NCBI GenBank assembly: GCA_048938105.1
Contig: JBHLMN010000001.1
Span: 160,001 to 224,000 of the forward strand
Source: Promethearchaeota archaeon
Lineage (GTDB): Archaea; Asgardarchaeota; Heimdallarchaeia; Hodarchaeales; Hodarchaeaceae
Direction of reading: 5' to 3'
DNA: 64,000 nt
Part shown: positions 1-10,154 of the stretch, in pieces
How positions within the stretch are numbered: position 1 is the first letter of the stretch
Layout of the letters: each line of letters starts with the position of its first letter
The notes under the pieces: generated by a model
What the model was told of the DNA's origin: nothing
The model's database searches: none
The model's input: only the letters and a program-made list of their open reading frames with translations
Program-made: the position numbers and the translations under genes

Positions 1-169
1 AAGAATCCAAGACTTTATAATTGAGAAAAAAGAGAATTTTATTACATTTCTAAGTATAAAAATCAGATCTCTCTGTTAATATCATGTATAGGAAGAAACA
101 TTAAAGAATTCATTCTTATTTTTCTTAAAGAACCTTTAATGAATAAATTTTTCTATTTCTGTGATCGAA

Positions 170-1105
170 ATGAGTCTTAAGCCTAGGATTTCGAGACTAA
201 CTCTAGGAACTGCTCAAATTGGTTTTAAATATGGAATTTCAAATAAAGAAGGTAAAATTCCTACTAATAAAGCGAAAGAAATCCTCAGGACAGCTATAAC
301 AAATGGTATTACATGTTTTGATACAGCCCCAAGCTATGGGGAAAGTGAAAGAATCTTAGGTGAATTTTTTTCCTCAAATGATCAATTTCAATTACCAATA
401 ATAGTTACGAAACTTCCCCAAGTAATTATTCAAGATAAATTCAAAGAGAAACTTGTATATAACAATGTTAAGAAGCAATTACTATCGTCTACACAAAAAC
501 TTAGATTGAATAAAATTCCAGTCTATCTAATACATCATCCATCAAATATTACAGATTATAAGGGACAAATTATTGATGCTTTAGTGAGACTAAGGGAGGA
601 ACAGCTAGTGGGGAGAATAGGAGCTTCAATTTACACCCCCGATGAAGCTCAAAGTGTACTGGATAATGGAAAATTAACAGCGATCCAACTCCCTTTCAAT
701 ATATTTGATTTAAGATTCATAACTTCTGGTTTACTAGAAGAATTAGAGAAACAAAGGTTTGTAATCTTTGCTCGGAGCATTTTTCTCCAAGGGTTATTTT
801 TCCTAAATCCAGAAAAGCTACCTAAAGGATTAAAAACTGCTCAAAAACCTCTAAATAGGCTTAACGAGATCGCTTTAAGTGAAAATTATTCCATTGCCGA
901 ATTAGCATTACTTTTCGTTAAAGAACAAACGGAAATAACCAGTGTGGTTATTGGGGCTGAAACCCAAGACCAAATTTTAGAAAACATAAAAATTTTCACG
1001 TCGCCGAACTCACTATCCTTAAATTTGAAGAGTGAAATTATGTCTACTTTTGTAGATTTACCAGAGAACCTTATCGAACCAAGACTATGGAAATTAACTC
1101 TGTAG
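170..1105 (+). CDS. Aldo/keto reductase
   Basis: LTLGTAQIG, FDTAPSYGESE, YLIHHP and AIQLPFNIFD motifs. ATG170 is preceded by a GTGAT RBS; the ORF track starts at GTG161. Confidence 0.9.
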   Translation: MSLKPRISRLTLGTAQIGFKYGISNKEGKIPTNKAKEILRTAITNGITCFDTAPSYGESERILGEFFSSNDQFQLPIIVTKLPQVIIQDKFKEKLVYNNVKKQLLSSTQKLRLNKIPVYLIHHPSNITDYKGQIIDALVRLREEQLVGRIGASIYTPDEAQSVLDNGKLTAIQLPFNIFDLRFITSGLLEELEKQRFVIFARSIFLQGLFFLNPEKLPKGLKTAQKPLNRLNEIALSENYSIAELALLFVKEQTEITSVVIGAETQDQILENIKIFTSPNSLSLNLKSEIMSTFVDLPENLIEPRLWKLTL

Positions 1106-1176
1106 ATGATTGATATTCGATTTTAGATTTTGTGACTAGACCAAATTTATCGAAGGATTTGTGAATATTTCAAGTT

Positions 1177-1974
1177 TTAATGGACTCTCCTTTCTTCATC
1201 TTCTTGAATTTGCTTTAGGAACTTCCAATTCCTTTTGCTGTCCGAATTGATAGCCATTATATGAGGATTTTTAATTAAAAAGTCAAGAATATCCTTCATA
1301 TGAAAAGTTTGTTCTCCCTTTTCAAAGAAATGATTGTAAACCGCTTTTATAAATTCAAAATCTTCAGGAGTGTCTAAAGTCCAACGATGATATGAATAAT
1401 CAACATCATTCCTTAAACTGGCTAGTCTAAATAAGTTTGGATTTTTGTAAATATATGGAGAAACGTGTTCCCTTTCATAGCCTTTCTTTGCTTCTCCCCA
1501 GGCTTTTTTCAGCGTTCTAAAGGGAATTAATTCCACATCTAATCCATCAGGCAAAGTTGGCTCCAAACAGTTACTAAAATAGTCATATTCATTTTTATGA
1601 TCTAAATAAAACTGAATCAGCTTATCGATCCATTGAGAATCAATTAAAGGGCAATCTGAAGTTAATCTAATGATTGCTTCAGGAGTGTAAAGTTTCGCAC
1701 ACTGATAAAATCTATCTAATACATCTTCTTCATTTCCTTGGTAAGAATCTACATCAAGCTTATCACACAAATTTATAATTGGTAGATCTTGTTTATTTGT
1801 AGTTGTGGCAACAACAACCTTACGCAAGAGTTTACAAGGCGTTACACGATTTATCATTAATTCCAGTATTGTAATTCCGTTAATAGTTTTCATTACTTTG
1901 TTTGGTAATCGAGTAGATCCAGTTCGAGCCTGAATAATTGCAATAATATTGTTATTCGATTTCAAATATTTCAC
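1177..1974 (-). CDS. spsF: SpsF/PseF-like cytidylyltransferase (CMP-ulosonate synthetase family)
   Basis: IIQARTGSTRLPNKV, DVLDRF, IIRLTSDCPLID, REHVSPY and RWTLDTPED motifs. Confidence 0.88.
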   Translation of the reverse strand: MKYLKSNNNIIAIIQARTGSTRLPNKVMKTINGITILELMINRVTPCKLLRKVVVATTTNKQDLPIINLCDKLDVDSYQGNEEDVLDRFYQCAKLYTPEAIIRLTSDCPLIDSQWIDKLIQFYLDHKNEYDYFSNCLEPTLPDGLDVELIPFRTLKKAWGEAKKGYEREHVSPYIYKNPNLFRLASLRNDVDYSYHRWTLDTPEDFEFIKAVYNHFFEKGEQTFHMKDILDFLIKNPHIMAINSDSKRNWKFLKQIQEDEERRVH

Positions 1975-2008
1975 TATTCCCTAAAAATGGAATAAATTAG
2001 AGTCAATT

Positions 2009-3322
2009 TTATGTTAATCTTTGAAATCCACTATGAGCAACAGGACCAGCTAAAAGTTTTCGTACATTATTTTTTTCAATGGCATTAGCAATAATACCAA
2101 ACACTTGATCAACAGATTCAAAATATTTCTCTATAACATCTTCTGTATGCTTCCAGGAAATATAAACTCCATTAGAGGCTAAATATTCATATTTAAGCAT
2201 TTCTTGTGTAAATAATGTCCGAAGCTCCAATGATTTTTCAGCATAATTAAATTCAAAATGAGGAAGGGGAGAGATCCCTGATATCCGTAACTTTAGATCA
2301 TGTTCATTTGCTATATTGACCCATTCATCTTTTATTAATTTCCCCATACTAATTAGATGTGAAGGAACGTCTTTATCTTGCATTTTTTGAATTGTAGCTA
2401 GTGCTGCAGTAGGGCCAATTCTTTCTGTCCAATACGTACTACTAATGAAACTATTTTGAGCTTCATCCATGATTTTTCCTCTCCCCACTACTGCTGCCAT
2501 TGGATAGCCATTACTCATTGCTTTAGCATATACAGCAATATCTGGTTCAATCCCTAAGATTTGATGGGCTCCACCAACATTCAATCGCCATCCTGATGAA
2601 ATCTCATCAATGATATACACAGCTCCAATTTCATTAGCAATTTGTTGAACCTTTTTCAAGAAATTATCCTTGGGGTAATAATTTCGGATTGGCTCCATAA
2701 TTATGACTCCCACTTCGTTGTTTTCAACAATTGTTTCTAGTTCAGTTATCTGATTATAATTAAAAGGAAAAACGGTCCCTTTCAAATTACGAGGTAGTCC
2801 AGCAGGATGAAGCCCTTTAAGTAGATGACCATCTAAGCTTCTTTTATCTGATAAATTTGCAGCTAAATACCAATCTGACCAGCCATGATACCCACAAAAA
2901 GCAACAATATCCTTTTTGCTGTATGCACGAGCTATTCTTATGGCTATTGAGACGGCTTCAGCACCAGTCCTAGCATATCTTACCATTTTTGCCCAAGGAT
3001 TCAATTCTAATAACAATTCAGCTAATTCAACCTCTTCAGGACAATTGAGTGTTGCCATAGTTCCTAAATCAATTGCCTCTTTTACAGCTCGATTGACATC
3101 CTCATCTGCATAGCCTAAATTGCAGGCTCCTATCCCCATTATACACATATCAATAAAGTGATTATCATCTAGATCCCAAACTTCCACCCCTTTACATCTT
3201 TTAAAATAAGAAGGCCAAAGATTTGGTAGGAACATCTCTGCTCTTTTTGATAATAGTTGAGAACCTCCAGGGATAATTTTTTTAGCTCTATTCCACAGAG
3301 TTGGACCTGTTTGAATTTTCAT
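2009..3322 (-). CDS. Class III PLP aminotransferase (glutamate-1-semialdehyde aminomutase-like, sugar-modifying)
   Basis: IIPGGSQLLSK, WDLDDNHFID, GYHGW and IIDEISSGWR motifs; PLP lysine in YAKAMSNGYP; same operon as spsF. Confidence 0.88.
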   Translation of the reverse strand: MKIQTGPTLWNRAKKIIPGGSQLLSKRAEMFLPNLWPSYFKRCKGVEVWDLDDNHFIDMCIMGIGACNLGYADEDVNRAVKEAIDLGTMATLNCPEEVELAELLLELNPWAKMVRYARTGAEAVSIAIRIARAYSKKDIVAFCGYHGWSDWYLAANLSDKRSLDGHLLKGLHPAGLPRNLKGTVFPFNYNQITELETIVENNEVGVIIMEPIRNYYPKDNFLKKVQQIANEIGAVYIIDEISSGWRLNVGGAHQILGIEPDIAVYAKAMSNGYPMAAVVGRGKIMDEAQNSFISSTYWTERIGPTAALATIQKMQDKDVPSHLISMGKLIKDEWVNIANEHDLKLRISGISPLPHFEFNYAEKSLELRTLFTQEMLKYEYLASNGVYISWKHTEDVIEKYFESVDQVFGIIANAIEKNNVRKLLAGPVAHSGFQRLT

Positions 3323-3607
3323 AATATTTTCTTCTCCAATTTATTCTTTATAAGTTTATCTTTAAATATGTTCTAGGATATTTCTAAAAGTTCTGTTTCG
3401 GAGAATTTCCACTTTAACAACTTATCAAAGAGAAAGAAGAGTAATAATGACAAAAAAGGAGAGAAAAATTGGAAATATCTATTAAAGTAAGATGAACCGC
3501 TAAGGGCTAGGAGAAGGAGATTTCTTTGTATTTTGAAGATTTATAGCGTAAAAACTCAAATATTATATTTTTATTAGTAGAACCTTCCATATACATATTT
3601 GTGATTA

Positions 3608-4933
3608 TCATTCCAAATAATGATAATAACAAGATTCACTATAGACTTTGTTGATTACATCCTCCATATTTTTCACATCTTTTTGTGAAATTCTTTCTGT
3701 ACGACCTATTTTCTGATAATACGTTAATTTTCCTCCATGAATGATTCTTGAAAGTATAGAAATAGTCTTTTTCCCAGGTGTGCTTCCCTTAAGAATCTTA
3801 AAAAAGTCCATAAGATTAATTCGTCTTGTCGTTCTAATTGAGTTCTGATGGTTCTGAATAAATTCATCTATTCCTTTTACACACCTTATAGAAGAAAAGC
3901 CATCGATTTTATAAAACCACTTTGCAACAAATTCTTCCTGTTTTATGGTAATTTCTTCTGTCATTCGTCCCAAACTGAGGCATTTTTCAACTAAAAGGGC
4001 GAATTCATTATAATCTCTTGCTTTTGGTAAAGATTTTACATTTTCGATAATGTATTCCTCATATTCTTCCTCAAACATCAAAGTTATTACTGGTTTCTCC
4101 AAGAATGACGCTTCTGAACTTACTGTGGAATTTGTGTGTAATAATAAATCGATATCATTAAGAATTAGAGAAATATCTAAATTAGTTATCATATAAACAT
4201 TTTTTAATGAAACTAAATCTTCGTATTTTTCTCCTAATTCAAGAGGATGGAGTTTTATTACTAATTGTAAATCAAGATTTTTTGAAAAATACTTTTTTAG
4301 GATATTCAATGTTTTTTCAAATAATTTCCTTTCAATTTCTAGAATTTCGGAATAATTCGGTCCATAATTCTTTTCGAGCATTTTTACGTTTTTATCAAGA
4401 TTAACGAAATTACTTGCAAAAAGTATGACCTTTTTATTAGGATCTAAAGGGATTTTTTGAGAAAGTGTGTTTTGACTTAATAAAATTGAAAGGGGTTCCC
4501 TATAAATATCAAAACGAGGATTTCCACATATTTTTATTTTATCAGGGGAGAGATCTGTATTTTTGATGACAAGCTTTTTAAATTCTGGTCCCCACACAAT
4601 TTTTAAATCATTATAATCCTCAACCTTCATAGTAGGATCGAATTCGAAAAAAGATCTTTCACTATGAGGAGAAACTGTACCTTCTGAATGAATAACACAT
4701 ATTTTTGATCCCATTTTTTTTGCTAGTTGAGCTTTATCCTTTTCTGCGACCACTTGAGGAAATATTGTAAGTTCAGGCTTATGGTAAAAAATATTCCACA
4801 TAGCATTAGTGTGATTTGAATAGAAAACGTCGTAACCTAGATGTTTTAGTAATAATCCCACCTGTACTGCTGGTCTTAAGTCTCTATTCTTCCAGTTGAT
4901 CAATAAAAGGATTTTGACTACTCTTTTTGCCAA
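3608..4933 (-). CDS. Surface carbohydrate biosynthesis protein, GT-B-like (candidate ulosonate transferase)
   Basis: N-terminal KNRDL, then HSEG, VWG, CGNPRFD, KLHPLE and NSTVSSEA motifs typical of the family. Confidence 0.65.
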   Translation of the reverse strand: MAKRVVKILLLINWKNRDLRPAVQVGLLLKHLGYDVFYSNHTNAMWNIFYHKPELTIFPQVVAEKDKAQLAKKMGSKICVIHSEGTVSPHSERSFFEFDPTMKVEDYNDLKIVWGPEFKKLVIKNTDLSPDKIKICGNPRFDIYREPLSILLSQNTLSQKIPLDPNKKVILFASNFVNLDKNVKMLEKNYGPNYSEILEIERKLFEKTLNILKKYFSKNLDLQLVIKLHPLELGEKYEDLVSLKNVYMITNLDISLILNDIDLLLHTNSTVSSEASFLEKPVITLMFEEEYEEYIIENVKSLPKARDYNEFALLVEKCLSLGRMTEEITIKQEEFVAKWFYKIDGFSSIRCVKGIDEFIQNHQNSIRTTRRINLMDFFKILKGSTPGKKTISILSRIIHGGKLTYYQKIGRTERISQKDVKNMEDVINKVYSESCYYHYLE

Positions 4934-5136
4934 AGTATAAACCCATTACGTTGTTTTATCGGAAAAAAGGATCTAATTTTTAATTTTAAAAGTCTTATTT
5001 CGAAAAGTTAACATAGAATCCCTTCAAGTCTTTTTTAATATAAATTCTTGTGACATAATTCTAAACTCTTAAAAAAAAAACTAAAAAGGAACATCATTAC
5101 CTCGTTCTAAGAGTGAAGAACCCTAGGGAATGAACT

Positions 5137-6333
5137 TTGCAGCTTAAGAGAAAAACTTTTGAATATGGCATTTTGTCAATGGCAATTTCTTGTGTTCTCA
5201 TCTTTATAGTTTTGTTATTAGATGTGATTTCTTATGTTTTTTACATAATGATGAATTTTGATCCCAAAGAAGCGGTTCAAATCATAAGTGCATTAATTGA
5301 GGGAGGGAATTATCTTCAAGTTATCCTCATCCTTATTTGGACATTATTTTTCCTTGGATTATTCCTTGTTTTATTTTCAATGGTGTTAGGTTTCTTTTCA
5401 AATCTCTTTATCAGGAATAAACTCCTCAAAGAGATACCTGAAGACATTACACTAAATCCAAATGATGTTGCAATAGTTATACCTGCTTATAATGAAGAGA
5501 TGACAATTGAAAAGGTAATTCTTGACTGTAAGAAATATTCAGAACATATAATAGTAGTAGATGATGGTTCAACTGATAAAACACCAGAGATACTATCTAA
5601 ATTTTCAGGCATTCATGTATTGACTCATAAGATGAATCAAGGCCTTGGAAAAACAATGAAAGACGGGATTGAATACGCTGCAAATATAAATGTTGAAGTA
5701 ATTGTCACTTTTGACGCTGATGGTCAATATCGAGCAACTGAAATTCCCAAGATTGCTAACCCAGTAATATCGAAGCAAGCTGAACTCGTTTTAGGATCTC
5801 GATTTGCTGGGAAGATAGAAAAAATGCCTTTCAGCAAAAAAATTGGGAATAGACTAATGAGTTTTGCGTTATCTATTATTTTAGGGTTTAAAATTACTGA
5901 TGGTCAAACTGGATTTCGTGGAATATCGAAAAACCTTGCCCAAACATATCGGTTAAGAGGAGAGTATACTTATACACAAGAAATGATTATTCAGGCACGA
6001 TTCTTAAAGAAAGGTATCATTGAAATTCCCATCTTTTTTGATAGACGAATCTCGGGATCATCAAGATTGATCCGATCACCGATAGACTATGCTTGGAAAG
6101 CATGGCTCACCATATTTAGAACATTAAGAGATTTTCAGCCAATCTGGTTTTTTGGAGGGATAGGAATTGTGTCACTGCTATTAGGATTGTTTTTCTTCTC
6201 AATTTCAGCTGTTTCATCTGTATATATTACAATGCCATTCGATATCGCGATTTTTTCTACTATTTTATTATTAGTAGGCATGCAATTCATTTTTTTCGGT
6301 TTTTTAGCTGATGCAAACAGACCTTTAGACTGA
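5137..6333 (+). CDS. GT2 polyprenol-phosphate glycosyltransferase (DPM1-like) with N- and C-terminal TM helices
   Basis: IVIPAYNEE, VVDDGSTD, FDADGQY, LVLGSRF and DGQTGFR motifs. Confidence 0.9.
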   Translation: MQLKRKTFEYGILSMAISCVLIFIVLLLDVISYVFYIMMNFDPKEAVQIISALIEGGNYLQVILILIWTLFFLGLFLVLFSMVLGFFSNLFIRNKLLKEIPEDITLNPNDVAIVIPAYNEEMTIEKVILDCKKYSEHIIVVDDGSTDKTPEILSKFSGIHVLTHKMNQGLGKTMKDGIEYAANINVEVIVTFDADGQYRATEIPKIANPVISKQAELVLGSRFAGKIEKMPFSKKIGNRLMSFALSIILGFKITDGQTGFRGISKNLAQTYRLRGEYTYTQEMIIQARFLKKGIIEIPIFFDRRISGSSRLIRSPIDYAWKAWLTIFRTLRDFQPIWFFGGIGIVSLLLGLFFFSISAVSSVYITMPFDIAIFSTILLLVGMQFIFFGFLADANRPLD

Positions 6334-6416
6334 ACATTTAAATGGATACAACTTTCGAGATAAGAGTCACTTTAATCTAGTACAAAATTAAATGAAACCT
6401 GCTACCTTGAAATGGA

Positions 6417-7571
6417 TTGAATCCGATGATTAATCTTTTATCAATAACATCGACCTTCCCTCGTAATAAACAAGATTCATGGGGTAATTTTATCTTAGAA
6501 TTACTACAAGAGTTTGAAAAAAAATCCATTAAGGTGTTTGTACTAACCCAACGTTATAGAAATGACAAGAAAGACGAGAAATTCGGAAATATTACTGTTA
6601 TACGGTTTCCTTGGCTTCATCCTGCAGAATTCATTCGAATAGTAGATTTTAAAAAAACACCTATGATTCGTCTTTTGACTTATTTTTCTTCTGCAATGGT
6701 TTCTATAAATAAATTAATCAAAAGGGAAAAAATCCAAATTATTCACGCAAATTGGATTATTCCAGCAGGTTTAATTGGATTTTTAGCTAAAATAATTTAC
6801 AAGCGTCCATTGATAATAACGGCTAGAGGATCTGATGTCAATATATGGAGCAAGAAAAGGTTTTTTTCTCCGTTAGTCAGATTCATACTCAAATATTGTG
6901 ATGCAGTTGTAGTTGTAAGCCACGAGCTTTCGAAAAAAATAGAAAAATTCGGTATTAGACCTCAAAAAATCCATATAATTTGGCATGGAGTACATCCGAA
7001 AAAGATAATAATTAAACAAAGATATAAAAAATCTTTGTTATTCGTTGGTGCCCTCAGAGAAGTAAAAGGGCTAACCTATTTAATAAGAGCTTTTAAAATA
7101 GTTAAAGATCACTTTAATGACGTTAGACTAAACATTGTTGGAGATGGGATTTTTCGTGATGAGTTGATTAAAGAAATTAATAACTTAAATTTGTCTTCCC
7201 AGGTCAAGCTACTTGGAAAAATTCCAAACAACCGTGTAATAGAACTTATGGCCGAGTCAGGGATTTTAATTCTACCTTCTATTTCAGAGGGACTCCCACG
7301 TGTTATTATTGAAGCAATGACACAAAAATTACCAGTTATAGCCACAGCAGTTGGAGGAAACATCGAAATCATTGATCCAAATGTAACTGGATTATTAGTT
7401 CAACCAAAAGATGAAAAAAAACTATCTAGAGCAATTATAAACTTGATAAAAGATCCTAATTATGCTGAAATGCTGGCTGAAAATGCATTTCAATTTGCAA
7501 AAGAGCAGTTCAATTGGGAAAATACGGTTAAGAAATACCAGAATGTATTTCGTTTAGTCACAACTCGTTAA
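6417..7571 (+). CDS. GT4 glycosyltransferase
   Basis: IIHANW, TARGSD, FVGALREVKG and SEGLPRVIIEAM (EX7E) motifs. Confidence 0.92.
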   Translation: MNPMINLLSITSTFPRNKQDSWGNFILELLQEFEKKSIKVFVLTQRYRNDKKDEKFGNITVIRFPWLHPAEFIRIVDFKKTPMIRLLTYFSSAMVSINKLIKREKIQIIHANWIIPAGLIGFLAKIIYKRPLIITARGSDVNIWSKKRFFSPLVRFILKYCDAVVVVSHELSKKIEKFGIRPQKIHIIWHGVHPKKIIIKQRYKKSLLFVGALREVKGLTYLIRAFKIVKDHFNDVRLNIVGDGIFRDELIKEINNLNLSSQVKLLGKIPNNRVIELMAESGILILPSISEGLPRVIIEAMTQKLPVIATAVGGNIEIIDPNVTGLLVQPKDEKKLSRAIINLIKDPNYAEMLAENAFQFAKEQFNWENTVKKYQNVFRLVTTR

Positions 7572-7578
7572 ATATCCT

Positions 7579-8700
7579 TCATTGACTTAATAGATGACTA
7601 TAAACTTCAAAATATTTGGGAAGGACAACATTCCAGTTAAATTTTGTTTTATTATAAATAAAGGAGGCAGCGGCGAACTCTTCTCTTTTCTGAGGATTCT
7701 CAACATAGAATATGATGGCTTTAAACAAAAGCTCCACGTTCTTGGGAGGAATCAATATTCCATTGTTCATATTGACGACCATTTCTTTCATACCCCCAAC
7801 AGAAGAGGCAATAATAGGACATTGTGCTGCAGCTGCTTCTAATAAAATGTTTGGAAATCCTTCTGAGAATGAGGGTAAAACAAGGATACGATTTGATCCA
7901 TATAAGTATTTAATAGGATTCTTTCGCCAACCTAAAAAAGATACGCCATTTTCTAATTCTTTTTCGGATACAACATGTTCTAGGTTTTTTCTTTCGGAAC
8001 CATCCCCAATGAAATATAATTTCAGTTTATTTTGAGAATAAAAATAGGCCTTTTGGAACGCTTCAATTAGGATATAAACACCTTTAACTTCTTCTAACCT
8101 ACCAATAAAATAGATGTCTAAAGAACCATCCTTTTCATTTTTCGATTTTGATTCTTTTGGAAAATTAATAGCATTTGATATAAGAAATACCTTTTGACTA
8201 TCTTTTACAAATTTCTGTGTTTGATTAAGCAATGAACGAGATTTTGCAATGATTATATTTGATCTGTTGAAAAGAAATGTCATAATAGCACGGTATATTG
8301 GATTCTTAGGGTGAATGAAAACATCTGAACCTGCAACTGTATGAATTACTGGTTTTTTTTGAATTTTTCCCACAATAACGGAAGAGAATAAAGCAAAAAT
8401 ATGAGAATGAGTGTGGAGAACATGGATTCTCTCTTTCTTTACTATTTTCGTAATCGAATAAATGAATGGAATGATATTAAGAAAATAACCTATTGACTTT
8501 TTATTCACACTAATTGGATTAAATCTGACAATCTGGACACGATCAATTTTTTCATTCTTTTTGAATTTTTTCCAAGAATTTGTTACTACAAAGATTTTCC
8601 AGCTGTATTTCGATATTAGCTGATTTGCTAAGTTATGGGCTGAGATTTCTGCTCCTCCGATTAAAGGATAGTAAAAATTTAACGGAAAAATGACCTTCAA
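7579..8700 (-). CDS. GT4 glycosyltransferase
   Basis: YYPLIGGAE, FIGRLEEVKG and EGFPNILLEA motifs. Confidence 0.92.
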   Translation of the reverse strand: MKVIFPLNFYYPLIGGAEISAHNLANQLISKYSWKIFVVTNSWKKFKKNEKIDRVQIVRFNPISVNKKSIGYFLNIIPFIYSITKIVKKERIHVLHTHSHIFALFSSVIVGKIQKKPVIHTVAGSDVFIHPKNPIYRAIMTFLFNRSNIIIAKSRSLLNQTQKFVKDSQKVFLISNAINFPKESKSKNEKDGSLDIYFIGRLEEVKGVYILIEAFQKAYFYSQNKLKLYFIGDGSERKNLEHVVSEKELENGVSFLGWRKNPIKYLYGSNRILVLPSFSEGFPNILLEAAAAQCPIIASSVGGMKEMVVNMNNGILIPPKNVELLFKAIIFYVENPQKREEFAAASFIYNKTKFNWNVVLPKYFEVYSHLLSQ

Positions 8701-8843
8701 AACCAGAAAATCCCCTCTAGTTATTTTTTTCAGTTCATCATCTACTGGAATATTTAACGGAAGATATTAAGAACATTTCGATAACAATTCTTTGCAAAAA
8801 GCTCCTTTTATAGGTCATTTTATAAAAATAATTGAAATACTCT

Positions 8844-9794
8844 TTAGACATCAAAATAGTAAGGATTTTCTAAATTCCAATTATATGTTAGTGTAAGGCC
8901 TTCCATGACAGAAGTTTCCGCCTCAATCCCCAGAATTTCTGTAGCTAATTTTGTATCGGCTGGAGATCGTATTATATCTCCATGACGCCAATTTCCATAG
9001 TTTACTTCTATTGTTCGCCCAGTTATCTCTTCTAGATATTGAATTATTTGATTCAATGATACTTCTGTCTCACTTGCAATGTTTAAAATCCTAGCTGTAG
9101 CTCTATCCGATTCCATTGCCGCTATAGTTGCTTTTATATTGTCTTTTACAAAAGTAAAATTACGTGTTTGAGTTCCATTACCAAAGACTGTAAGTGGTCT
9201 CCCCTCTATAATATTTTTAATAAAAATTGGAATTACAGCAGCATATTTCACCTTAGATGACTGTCTTGGCCCATATACAGCGAAATACCTCAGAATCTTG
9301 ACTTTTAAACCATAAAGATAATTAAAAACATCACAATAATGTTCTGATGCTAGTTTTCCTACTGCATATGGATGAGATGGCCAAGTTTTCCCATTCTCTT
9401 TTCTTGGCAGCTCATCTGACCTCCCATATACGGATGAACTTGAAGCAAATACAATTCCATCAATATCGTGTTTTCGAGCTGCTTCTAATATATATAGGGT
9501 TCCAGTAATGTTTGTCTCATTTGATTTTATAGGATTTTCTATACTACGAGGTGCTCTATTCATTGCAGCGAGATGGAAAATTTTAGAGCAATTCGAGACC
9601 ACTTCATCAACTATATCGAGATTTGTGATATCTCCTTCAATTATTGTAACATTCCTTAATTTTCGCAGAAAGGGTAAGTTATAAAAGCCTATTGAAAAAT
9701 TGTCTAGGACTATTATTTCTTCGTTTAATTTTGACAGGGATTCAACTAGATGTGAGCCAATAAAACCAGCACCACCCGTAACCAATGTAACCAT
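8844..9794 (-). CDS. Extended SDR NAD-dependent epimerase (UDP-Glc/GlcNAc 4-epimerase-like)
   Basis: LVTGGAGFIGSHL, ASSSSVYG, YAVGK and YFAVYGPRQ motifs; start placed at ATG9794. Confidence 0.9.
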   Translation of the reverse strand: MVTLVTGGAGFIGSHLVESLSKLNEEIIVLDNFSIGFYNLPFLRKLRNVTIIEGDITNLDIVDEVVSNCSKIFHLAAMNRAPRSIENPIKSNETNITGTLYILEAARKHDIDGIVFASSSSVYGRSDELPRKENGKTWPSHPYAVGKLASEHYCDVFNYLYGLKVKILRYFAVYGPRQSSKVKYAAVIPIFIKNIIEGRPLTVFGNGTQTRNFTFVKDNIKATIAAMESDRATARILNIASETEVSLNQIIQYLEEITGRTIEVNYGNWRHGDIIRSPADTKLATEILGIEAETSVMEGLTLTYNWNLENPYYFDV

Positions 9795-10154
9795 TATGAT
9801 TTTTTCCCATTTCAACTTATTAAGTCAGTTTTAAGGAAAATCAAAGTGTCAAAGAAAGGTTTATGGATGACAACAATGAATGATTCATGCTTTTCAAGTA
9901 GGATTATTTTCACCTTTTTATCACATATATTCCTATCATCAATCATTTAATTTATAGCCACAAAATTCAGGTTGAAATACAGAAATTTAATTAATATCAA
10001 TTATTACTTATAATATTACTTATCGACATAAAATGTTTTACTTAATTTGTAAGAACCAGGACGAAAATTATATCAAGGCTTCAGATGTAATAAAGTTCTC
10101 AAAAAAAAATAATTATAATATAACATTTTCTATGGAATATTGTGATCTTGTTCG

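Noticed and set aside
2009-3322. hemL (tetrapyrrole synthesis)
   Set aside because: It is in an operon with spsF and no hem genes are nearby, so a sugar aminotransferase is more plausible.
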